From Amphiscolops sp. MND2022 (Eukaryota), in contig OZ076409.1 of the NCBI GenBank assembly GCA_964187785.1, positions 32,056,001 to 32,120,000 of the forward strand: 64,000 nucleotides of DNA, written 5' to 3'. A program made the translations under genes and the position numbers. The notes below the pieces were generated by a model, which saw only the letters and a list, made by a program, of their open reading frames with translations, had not been told where the DNA came from and ran no database searches. The first letter of the stretch is position 1; each line of letters opens with the position of its first letter. Below, one piece after another: positions 40,381 to 51,307 of this stretch.

Positions 40381-40789
40381 ACATTAAAACTACCATTAAA
40401 ACATGATAAACAATCAATCTTCTTTACGAACGTGTATGATTGTTCCAAATAATTGTTTTGTTAGTCGCTCTTTTACTTTTGTCTTTATTTGGTTAAAGAT
40501 TTGGATCATGTCAGTTTGTAAAAGTTGATGTTTTGTTTCTTTTATTTTGATGACACTTTTGCTAACGTTGATCTTTAAAAAATACATAGAGCGCGTTGAA
40601 ATAATCAAATTGGGTAAAAGGTGACAAGGCCGTTACTTGACCCTGATCTTTTGATCTAATGCCTTGTTTTATCACCCAAAACCGCGAGTTGAGACTGTTT
40701 TTTATGCATTTACAGTTTCTCCACAGCATTAGGACGCCAGTATCAAAATTATGCAGAAACTGTCTAAAAACAGCCTAAATGTTTCAGTT

Positions 40790-41500
40790 AATAAGCAGCA
40801 CCATGAACCCATACGCTTTTCTGCTTGCAGACTATACTGTATTATGCAGTTTATATGAAACAACATATTCGGTAATAACAGCATTTGCGGTATCTTTGTC
40901 AAAACGGCATATGCGGTAATGTTAATAAAACAGTATATGCATATATGCGTATTGTATAATGAAACAGTATCGTGAATAAAACAGCATATGCGGAAATTTC
41001 ATTGAAACAGTATACTTCATAAACAGAAATTTCATAAAACAGTATATGCATATATGCATTTGCATAAAAAAATCATGAAGAAAACAGCATATCATTACAA
41101 CGCCAATCGGGGAAAATCAGTAACTGCAAAAAATCTGTTGTAGTCTTATAAGGATCCTTCAACTTCATTTTAACACATACGTTTCAAGAATTGATAAAAG
41201 TGGAGTGAAATATTTTTCTGGATTCTTGCACTAATACCGTGCGTACCCTGCAAAGAATCGCTGAAAAAAAATTTCACTCGTTTCAAAGATGTGGAAATTT
41301 CATTGACACATATATGTGTTTTGTATAATAAAACAGTATCATGAATAAAACAGCATATGCGGAAATTTAATTGAAACAGCATAATCTTTAAATTGAAAGC
41401 AGCTGACTGAACACCAGCGCGACAGTACTAGTAGTAGTGTATTATACTGAACAATGCGATTTTCATGAAACATTATATGCGGAAATTACAAGCAGCATAA
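40790..41500. repeat. Degenerate AT-rich repeat array
   Basis: Recurring AAACAGCATATGCGG and AAACAGTAT units with irregular spacing. Confidence 0.6.
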
Positions 41501-41562
41501 TTTGCATGTCATTTCGCGTTAACCCGCCGCTACCAAGGCGTAATCTTTTCTCTGTCTAGAGT

Positions 41563-42335
41563 TGTGATGTATTGACTTAATTGGAACTTTTGACACTAGG
41601 AACATTACGTTATGATGCTTTGAGGAAAGTTGATGATCATGCTACAAAAAGCAACACCCAATAAAATAATTTTAGAGGAGATCTTCAAAATCAATTTTCC
41701 CCACAATCATTCATTAAAAAACACTCCTCAAGAGTCACTCCTGCCTTGCCAAACAATTGCGCAGTTTCTATGTTTAACAATGTTCTTTTCTGTAAATCAT
41801 ATTCAATTTCATTTCATCCAAACTTTTTGAATTTCAATGATTTTCACGACTAACTTTGTTTCCACCATGGGAAACAAATGAAATAGACGCTCAAGGAGAG
41901 TAGAAACTCAGTCTTCAGACAGAGACAAAAATCTCTCAGAAATAAGCTTCACACAAGTTAATGCGACTTTAATCGATGTTTCTGAGAATGGTAATAGCAT
42001 TTTTGACAGGAACCTAGGCAGTGTACTGACAGAACCCTCACAAACTACATACACAGAAATACCTAAAGAAATCAGAGCAAAAAGAATCAATAACTTAACA
42101 ACTGATGAAGAGGATGCTGAGAACCGCAGACCCGGTCCTTGTAACTCAGAAATTAAACACCTCAGGAGAGAACAAGCATCGAATATCAAGATTGACAAAA
42201 GCAAAAGTCAGGATAATCAATTCTAGTCTACAGAAACGAATGAACTAAGACAACCATCAACACTTTTTGGAGTTGAGACATTAGACGATACCGTCAGATT
42301 AATTAAACAAAAATAGGCCGTAGCCGATTATCACA
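41563..42335 (+). repeat. Probable solo LTR
   Basis: TGTGAT...ATCACA termini; a decayed reading frame from ~41868 (MGNK..RRSRRVE) runs to the end, as in the 9849-10885 block. No TSD found. Confidence 0.4.
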
Positions 42336-42609
42336 CTTGCCATCAAATCACGCTCGAACTGTCAATTTATATTTGATTTTGACTCCAACGAACAAAATTG
42401 GTTCACGTATAGGGTTTATTCTAATTTGTGAAGTTTTTCAAACGCTCTGTGATTTCTCTCAAAAATTTTTGTTAGCTGACTTTCCGTCAAGTAAAAAATA
42501 TCGAACTCCACAGTTGTTTTTGTCATTGAACATTCATAAATAAACTGCAGCAAACAATATGGATCAAAGTCAAAACGGGAAGCAATACAGTACAAATTGC
42601 GTCCACAGA

Positions 42610-43218
42610 AATAGTTAGCGAAATGCCGATTCGGGCCAAGCAACCAGAAAAATTCAAGTTCATATAATCAATAAAAATAAACACATTTTCAATACATATC
42701 ATCAAAAATAACACGATGAAGCAAAAATTCACTAACCTCTATGATGCAATGTGTAATAATAACACGTTGCTGGACAGCCAGCGTTATTGTACAACCAACG
42801 TTAATATACAACCAACGTTAATGTACAGCCAGCGTTGCTGTACCGGACTGTGTGTAATGCAAATTGATGCAGCTTTGCAAAATAAATTTCTACCATGCAA
42901 ATCCTCTGTTCGGTCTTTATACAAGTAAAACTAACATTGATTCGTCTCCTATAGCTTAGTGGTTATAGCATTGACTAAAGTTAAGGCTTCGGCCGGAGTG
43001 TTTGGGGTTCACTTCTAACCAACGTCCCCAGTCTTTGTTATAACTTACATGCTATGGGAGAATAATCACCAATGGCACAGTTCTTAAAAAGGATAACCCC
43101 TGCTGTGGAAACTCTTAGTGGATTGGACTCCCGATGGGCTTTGAGTTTACCTTAGGTATGCCAATGCACGTGCCAATGCATATGCTAATGAGCATGCCTA
43201 TGGGTTTTGTATTTTTTA
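42610..43218 (+). repeat. Left terminal inverted repeat
   Basis: Reverse complement of ~56322-57005. Confidence 0.95.
42944..43035 (+). ncRNA. tRNA-like / Pol III-type unit in the left TIR
   Basis: A-box/D-arm TAGCTTAGTGGTTATAGCA, stem TTGAC-TAAA-GTTAA, hairpin GGC-TTCG-GCC, B-box-like GGTTCACTTC. Confidence 0.4.
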
Positions 43219-43369
43219 AAAATAATTATTTACAAATCTTAATACATGGGAAAAGATAATTTATCTCATCCCCGTAGGAGAACAAAGGCGTAGCTTCGCG
43301 TTGTTGGCGCAGCTTCACACAACATTAATACACAAGAATGAAATATAACTAAAAAGTGAATTATCTCTC

Positions 43370-43767
43370 ATTCAAAGAATATGTTGAAAAATATGGATTA
43401 AAAACGAAGTAACTTCCACTGTAAAAAGAAAAGAAGTTCTTGATAAACTAAAAATCCCAGCTGGAGTGTATATGTTGATAAGTTTACAACAGATTCTGGA
43501 ATTGTGAATTTACATCCAACTAAAGGAACACATTGGGTTATGTTTGTTAACGAGTTTTATTTTGATTCATATGGATGTCCACCTCCAACTAATATACTTA
43601 ATCACATTAAAAAAGGTATCTATTCAGAATATCAAATTCAGACCGACGACAGTTATTGTGCAGAGTATTGTTTATATGTTTTTTATCTCACACAAATTAT
43701 ACGCTTCAATAATGCAGTTTTAAATTTATACTATCAAACTTTCAAACTTGATAAAGAAAAAAATTAA
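43370..43767 (+). pseudogene. Adenain-like (Ulp1/C5-type) cysteine protease
   Basis: GTHWV...YFDSYGCPP...QIQ....YCAEYC (His, Asp, Gln, Cys in order). Start approximate. Confidence 0.85.
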
Positions 43768-43939
43768 TAATTATTCAGCTCAATATAAAATTATACAATC
43801 TCATGAAAATAATCCGAATCCATGTAGCTTCGCGAATAAGAATCCGAACAAGAATCGGAACAAGAAAAATTATCAGAAGATAGGCAAGAGTTCATAAATA
43901 TCATAGCTGCTAGTGGATTCAAACAATTTAATCTATATT

Positions 43940-44938
43940 AAAAGGATCTATCAATCTTCGTAACATATGATAAAAAAGAATCTCTTCGTTTAAATATTAC
44001 AAAATCTAATCAAGAAATTGTTGAAAATACACATTCTAAACCACAAGAAACTCTAGAATTTAAAATGACTAAACAAAAAGAATCTTTCTCATTCGATGTT
44101 CCATTGGAATTACCGGAAAAATGGACGATGGAAGTAACAAGTTCAGAAGTATACAACCCTGTATATAACAATACTGAAAAGAATAACAAACTTGAAATTC
44201 TTCTAACAAAACAACAACTCGAAGAGCATAGAGTTGACACTGAATTTGTGCCAAATATAAAAACTTTATACGAAACATCTGATGATAAATTTATAGGAAA
44301 AACTAATACACGTATAACTAATAGTTATTCTAAAAAGAAAAACAACTTACTAGAAAAGACTTTACCACACTCAAGGAATTATTTGAAGTTTTTAACTATC
44401 CTAATGAACAAATACATATTCCGGACTTTGGAATTGAACATGATTCCTTTGGAATACCGTTAATACCAGTAGCATATGAATTAGTTGATATCAATGCTTC
44501 CGTAAAACAAATAATTACTGATTCTGATTTTAGAATTAACATCCAAGCAGATGACCCTCAATGAAATCAGTTTTAACAACCTTATTCTTTTTAACTGCGA
44601 ACTTAACAAAGTCCTGGGCTTTACACTTACAGATTCACCATCTGGAACTCACACTTCAGAAAAACCAGTCATGATAACAACCTTCGATAAAGTTCATCTG
44701 AAGTGCGACTGTGTAGATGATTCAATTGTTAATGGTATACGAGAACAATTTTTTTTCATTCAATTTAAGCGCACCCTCTGGATATAAAATTATAAAAGAA
44801 CCAACCACTGTTTTGTATAAAAAAATAAACAAAACACGATTGGACACCATCCAATTTGTCCTTGAAGACTCCAACCACGACAGAGTTGATTTCAACGGGG
44901 AGACATTAACATTTACAGTTCAAATTTTCAAGATATAA
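43940..44938 (+). pseudogene. Minor capsid (penton-like) protein
   Basis: DKVHLKCDCVDDSIVNG...SAPSGYKIIKEP...LED...VDFNGETLT resembles the Polinton minor capsid C-terminus; frameshifted. Confidence 0.7.
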
Positions 44939-44947
44939 AGCTAATAA

Positions 44948-45409
44948 ATGAACATTAATAAACAAAGCGCATTCAATAAACTTAAAAATAATTCATACTG
45001 TGTTGGTGGAAAACATTATTCCGCTACCACAAATCTTTATGGAGATATTACAGTCAATAAAAAAAATTGGTTTACCAGTAAAACTATAAGAGGTACTTGT
45101 TCAACTTGTAAAAGAAATAAATCACTTATAGTTTCTGATCAAACAATAAATGGGAAAGGATTGGGTGACTTCTTCAAACACTTGGGCAAAGCAACTACCA
45201 AAGCAGCCAATAATGTTGGAAAAAAACTACTCAATAATCCAGCCCGCGCATTGGAAAAAGGAGCAAGTATTGGAACTGCAGCAGCAAGTAAAAATCCAAA
45301 ACCTATTGCTGCAACTGCTCCTGATATTATAAAAATTGTTCATCAAGGGAAGGGTTTATATTTGGGGAAAATTCACAAATTATACTTTAAAAATGTATCC
45401 AATTCATAA
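44948..45409 (+). CDS. Small basic virion-core-like protein
   Basis: Cys motifs (YCVGG, CSTC) followed by GKGLGDFFKHLGKA, resembling a protease site plus an amphipathic helix. Confidence 0.5.
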   Translation: MNINKQSAFNKLKNNSYCVGGKHYSATTNLYGDITVNKKNWFTSKTIRGTCSTCKRNKSLIVSDQTINGKGLGDFFKHLGKATTKAANNVGKKLLNNPARALEKGASIGTAAASKNPKPIAATAPDIIKIVHQGKGLYLGKIHKLYFKNVSNS

Positions 45410-46422
45410 TCGTGATGACTTGGAAAAATTAAAAAAAATACAAGAAACAAAATCTTTACTACACAACAAAAGGGTAAAAGAGAAACTAGGGAGCAAGACT
45501 TTCACTATGATATGGAAGAAGTTTTTGAACCTGTTATCGAAAACCAGAAACAAAACCAAACTGAACAACAAGAATTTTCTGAAAAGCAAATACAAGCGCT
45601 ACGTGATTCTACTCAAACTACAACACAAGCAATCGAAAATCAGAAAAGAGCATTAGAACACAGTAGTGATATTTTGAATAAAAATTTACGAAAATCTATT
45701 AAAGAAGGAATACAAGAATATGATGAAATCATAAATCGTAATAATCAACTCCTTACAAATCTTGTTAATTCCAACCAAGTTGCTTCTAGTATTATAAAGA
45801 CAGTTTCCAACTTTCTTAACGACAAAAACAAAAGTCAATTTAGTTTAGAACCAATTATGGATAATCCGCGCAGCTTCGCAATTTCATTCAAATTTAATCC
45901 CCATAACCCACAACAAGTACTAATCAAAGGTTCAACGATGACTTTCGAGAATGGGCCCCAGATCTTCAATCTTTTATAACTAATACACAATTTTCTAGAG
46001 AAATAAATAACCAGGACACAATTTATAGTTTCTTAATTGATATCAAATATAACATAAATTATGGGGATAAAAAATCAACGAGATATTAATTTATTAAAGA
46101 GTTGTACTCTCGCTATCATTGGGGTAATACTATCGACATTATTCAATTGCAGGGCTTCGCAGGAAGTGGAGAACAGGGGTGTGCACAGGGCTCCACGCGA
46201 GGCTACGCGCAGGGCTACACACAACAGTTTATTTTCCTCCCATCTAATCCAGAGGAATTAGTGGATCAATTAAAACTTCTTTGTTTTGAAAAATTAGGAG
46301 GAAATGACAGTTTTCTACTCAATGAACAAATCATAGCAATTGTAGATAAACTCCTGGAGTATGAATGCATAACACCTTCTCAACACCAAAATATGCGAAG
46401 TATGTTAAGCACCCAACCTTAA
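45394..46422 (+). pseudogene. Conserved Polinton hypothetical protein
   Basis: Coiled-coil region (EEVFEPVIE...) and C-terminal LPSNPEELVDQLKLL...GGND...IIAIVDKLLE, a pattern I recognise from Polinton ORFs. Start approximate. Confidence 0.5.
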
Positions 46423-47377
46423 AATGGATCCGTTTGTGGATTAAAGATCTTGTAGTTTGGATTAGATTCATTACACACCTGGTATTTATTCCCATTTTTA
46501 TCTTCTAACCTATTTATTCATAAGTAGTTGTATTTTTCTTTCCACGCCTCTCTGCACAACTCCTTGAGTTCATCATAAGACATATCAAAACCTGCAATAT
46601 CTTTGTATATGTGTTCTATATCTTTCAAGGTTTGTTGAAATAAAATTATTTTATTCGAATTGTTTCTAATTGTTCTTTTGGGTACCTCGAAGTAACTCTG
46701 ACTTCGATAATAAACATCACACAAGTTGTGTCTTCCTCTAGTAAAAAATGGATCTATTAACTTCTGATTGGAGTCTAACATAACATCAAACACAACACAA
46801 CACTTTTGAAAATCTTGAATAGTTTTATCACCTAAATCTTCTTTCACTACCAGTCGTAAGTCCCCGACATCCAGTTTCAACTTACTCCCCACATCTGCAT
46901 ATTGTTCAGGACTTCTCGTAACGATATGTATTGTTTTTCACTATCACACAATCGAATTAATTGTAATTTGTTTATTAATAAGTGAGTTTTACCACAAAAT
47001 GATGGGTCAACTATTAATGTACTATAATGCTGTAATACATCATCATCATCATCAATGGGAGCGCCGTTTGCGATAGCTTCCGCAATAGCTTGCGCGGCAT
47101 CTTTGGTAGCACATTTGAAAGAATGTTTGATTTTAATAGATTGTTCATAATGAAGCCCTAGGGCGTAGCTCTGCGCGTAGCTCTGCGGGTAGCTCTGCGC
47201 GGAGCCCTGCCCATGACCCTCTGTGTAGCCTTGCGCGTAGCGCTGTGAATGCGTGGAGCCCTGCCCCTGTGTGTAGCCTTGCGCGTAGCTCTGCGCGTAG
47301 CTCTGCAAGTGCTGTTTCTTAATATGAGACCTTAAATAACTTTTATTTAATTCCTTATTATAAAATTCACACCTCAC
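46420..47377 (-). pseudogene. A32/FtsK-like packaging ATPase 1
   Basis: Walker A-like LIVDPSFCGKT, Walker B VVFD, RGRH, QSYF..PK.TIRNN; N-terminal 12-bp repeat tract. Confidence 0.85.
47161..47306. repeat. 12-bp minisatellite (GCGTAGCTCTGC variants), in frame in ATPase 1
   Basis: Encodes QSYA/QGYT repeats. Confidence 0.85.
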
Positions 47378-47554
47378 TTTTTATTTAAAACATTCTATAC
47401 ATATACTGTACATTTTACCGTTTTTATACATATAAAAATTTGTATTGGAATCTGTCTTCATTTTGTTACAGTCTTACATCTTTTTTTATTACTACAATCA
47501 TCACATAGTGCTTTCATTAAAAATTAAACACTTCATTTATTTAGAGAAAAATCA

Positions 47555-47890
47555 CTAAATTCCTCTCAATTTCTCTCAGAATCTCTAAATTTCTCTAAGC
47601 AGAGATGCACTAACTTCCTCTAAACTTCTCTAAAAATCACTAAGTTAAATCTCTAAGAATCTCTAAGTGTCTCTAAGTGTCTTAAGAATCTCTAAATTTC
47701 TCTAAGAGCATGATTCAGAGAATTATAGAGGACTCTTAGAGAATCTTGGAGATTTTTAGAGATTTACTAATTTCTCTAAGAATCTCTAAATTCCTCTAAG
47801 AATCTCATCACTAAGAATCTCTAAATTCCTCTAAACTTCTCTAAATCATTATAATTTTTTCTAACTTTTTTGTAATTTTCTCTAAGCATT
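47555..47890. repeat. CTCTAA/TTAGAG low-complexity array
   Basis: Many CTCTAA(G/A) units, with a short oppositely oriented patch at ~47716-47765. Confidence 0.8.
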
Positions 47891-48815
47891 ATTCAGTTTA
47901 TGTTTGGTAAAATTTTTTGCCTGATCAAGGATAACTTTCTTAAAGTCCTCTTTAACTGAATCACTAATTAGTGGTTGTTGCATACGCTCAACGTAGTTGT
48001 CTATTTTGGATTCATTCACTTTTATTTTTTTTGTTTACAATAATATACATAATAAAAAGCTATGTTGTATGTTGTTATTTCAATTGTCTGGTCAGACATC
48101 TCCTCTAAAAACACCTTGAGCTTGTTGTATTCCTCACCACTAAAAAAATAACTTTCATAAGCAACGTAATTTTCTGGTCTCCACTTGTTGCGCTTACTAG
48201 AATCATAAATTACATTGTACTTGTTGTTTAGTATTTTGTACTTCTGACTCCTTGTGTCAAATTCAATAAAACTAAATTCTAATTGATCACGGTATTGTTT
48301 TCACTTTGATTGTGTAACTCCGTCTTTAATTGAATAAGTTTGTATTATAGTTTCAAAAAAGTTATCTGGAATATTAATTGTTATAAAGATCTTAAAACAA
48401 TTCTGTCTCACTATTGGGAGAACATCCTTTGCATAGTGAGCTAAATATATCACCTGGATGTTATGATGTCTACCAAACCGGAACAAGTCTTCTACTTTTG
48501 TTTTAAGACTTTTGTATGCACCTGCATCATCCAGTATAACCGTTTTATTAGCAAGTGATTCAATACCTATTTTTCCAACTGTAACAAGGGTACAAAGTTA
48601 GAGGCAGGAAACTATTCTTCATCTCGCCCAAATACTACGTAATTGGCTTTGCGTGGACTCTGTGTTAAATGATGCTTGAAGAAAGATGTATTCCCTGACG
48701 CACTACTTCCATAAATTAACATATGACAGTTCGTATGCGTAGCCGTTTTACTGACTGGTTGAGTTAGTTGCGAAGCTACGCCTTCTTGGTTTGTAAGATG
48801 ACAGTATTTGAACCC
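47890..48815 (-). pseudogene. A32/FtsK-like ATPase 2
   Basis: Minus strand reads MLIYGSSASGNTSF (Walker A, K>N), KTVILDDAG (Walker B), FGRHHNIQVIYLAH, IVRQNC. Ends approximate. Confidence 0.75.
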
Positions 48816-49065
48816 TTCAAATTGTAATAGTTTTTTTATATATATTTTTAAACCATTTAGGGCGAATATAACGCCAATATATTATGAATATATTTACTAT
48901 TATAATTATACAAATAATATTAAATATTGAGTAGCTTTGCGGATTAACTTTCCGTAACCAACTGGCACGTTCGGTAGTGGCTTTGGGTACCTTCGTGTCT
49001 TCTGCCGAATTCGTGTAATAATCATCATTCATTTATTTAGAAAAAAATGTATAAAACTATAATAA

Positions 49066-49934
49066 ATGAATCAAAATAAGAAAGAAATCGCTAAAGAAAG
49101 ATTCTCTCCTGTAATTAGGAATTTTCAAAGAATTCAAATATAAACACACTATAAGGATGATTGTTGAAGTATCGATTTAATTGATCGCTCAAGTTTAAGC
49201 AAATGCAACAAAAACTACAAGTTTATATTCACAATAATTGACAATCATACTAAATAGGCATGGGCTATTCCTCTCAAAGATAAATCAGGAAAAAGTACCA
49301 CAACTGCATTCAAGAAACTCATTGAAAAAGAGAAGAGAAAACCACAAAAAGTGTGGAGTGATAGAGGTAAAGAGTTTTACAACCAGACATTTTTAAACTT
49401 CCTAAAAGAGCAAAACATTCAAATTTATTCAACCAATTCAGATTTGAAGGCTGTTTTTGTTGAACGTTTCAAAAGAACACTTTCGGACTTGATCAAAGAA
49501 CCAATGTATATTGAAGGTAAAGGTAACTGGTTGAATCACATTAATAATGCTCTGAAAAATTATAATAATTGTGTCCATGGTACAACAAAAAAGACACCAT
49601 TTGAAATGAGTTTTAATAAACCAATACCGCGAAGCTACGCCAATCTGATACCCAATAATGATAATAATAATCATATTTCCAAGTGGAGGATTTTGTAAGA
49701 GTTCCTGACAAACGCAGTTTCTATAGTAAAGGTTATACAACAAATTGGAACAGAGAACTTTTCAAAATACACAAAATTAATTCAACGAACCCAGTAACAA
49801 ACACTTTGGAAGATGAAAACAAATAAATTATTCAAGGAAAATACTATGAACAAGAACTTTTAGGAAGTATATTCAACTTTGACTCTGACAACAAAACGTT
49901 AGAAAGTATGAATATTTTCCACAAAATGGAGTAA
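49066..49934 (+). pseudogene. Retroviral-type (rve) integrase of the Polinton
   Basis: SIDLID, IIDNHTK, WSDRGKEF, KAVFVERFKRTL, KGYTTNW; stops and frameshifts. Confidence 0.93.
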
Positions 49935-49960
49935 GTTCCCAATAATTTTTTTTATTATAA

Positions 49961-51214
49961 ATGAATTCTATATCGACAGGCGCAGCTTCGCATTCAATGT
50001 TTTCTTTAAAAAGTAAATACACACTCGAAAAACCTATTCATAAAATTGATTTTATAAAGTACTCACCGAGTAGTTTAGCGACAGTTAATAACGCCAACTC
50101 GAATATAAGTGTCACTTTACCAAGAGAAGATGCATACATATGTTTACAAAACTCATACATAAGTTTAGAATTTGAAGTTCTCAAAAATGATAATACAAGA
50201 TACAATAATGGTGATGAAATAAGCTTGGTTAACTTTGGGCCTGTTGCTTTATTTAGTGAAGCTAAACTGACAAGTTCGGGCAAGCATTTGGAAAAAATTA
50301 ACAATTTGCACCCAATTTCTTTAATGAATAAACTTTTAACTAGCATTTATCAAACCAGCCAGTTTTTGTATGAGTTTGAAGAAAGTACTGCTATCAGAAG
50401 ACAAGAACTAATAAACCACAAAACAGAAAAAGGAACCTTTTTTGTGAGAAAAAAACTAAAAGACTTGTTTGGATTTGCTGATCAGGAAAAAATATATTAT
50501 GGATTGGGCTACACTCTTACTTTCAAACGGAACACTAAAATGACGCGATTTTAAGGGGTATTGCAGTGGATGCTGCAAAAGTAGTTCTATAAGACATAAG
50601 TTGGTATATTCCACACTATGACCAAACTTAAAAAACCAACAACTTGTCCTTAATCAAATATTAAATAAAGACCCAACCGAATTGCATTACATTGAAAGAG
50701 TTGTTTTTAGAAAAGATGATAACCCCAATAAAAATGGGACATTTGAATTAGGCAATTCGGGTGAATCAACACCAACTTTTGTAATTGTTGGATTTCAAGC
50801 TAGAAATAAAATTGATTCACAAACACACGATAATGCAACATTTGATAGAATTCGGTTAGTAATGTAGTTTGTAAAATAGGATCAGAAAACAATCCCGATG
50901 GTGGAATAGAATGTGACTACGACCTCGACAAATAGGATCAAGCATACCGTGAAATTGAAAACTTTTATACCTTGCATTCTGAATGCAATCTACTCAACCC
51001 ATTTTTTGATTTGTACAAATTCAGAACAAAATTTAGTTTTTATGTATTCGATTTATCAAAACAAAAAGATCACATTGCGAGTCAACCAATCCGTTTAGAA
51101 TTTAAATTTAATGCTGCTTTTGGTGTAGCAGAATATATAGCTTATCCCTTAGTTCTAACCCTGAAACTAATAGGTATTAGTAGTGTTGGACGAAGGCATT
51201 TTGATTTATTATGA
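49961..51214 (+). pseudogene. Major capsid protein (double jelly-roll type)
   Basis: About 400 codons over several frames; YSPSSL..NN..ISVTLPREDAYICLQNSYISLEFEV, PTFVIVGFQ and YVFDLSKQ match Polinton MCP patterns. Confidence 0.75.
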
Positions 51215-51307
51215 TGAATACATTATATTAAAAAATATACAACATTAAAAAGAAATACTAATCAAATTTTGTGATAATGATAATAGTATAATTATAACAG
51301 GTAAGTG

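Noticed and set aside
42944..43035. Functional tRNA gene
   Set aside because: No 7-nt anticodon loop or acceptor stem; kept only as tRNA-like.
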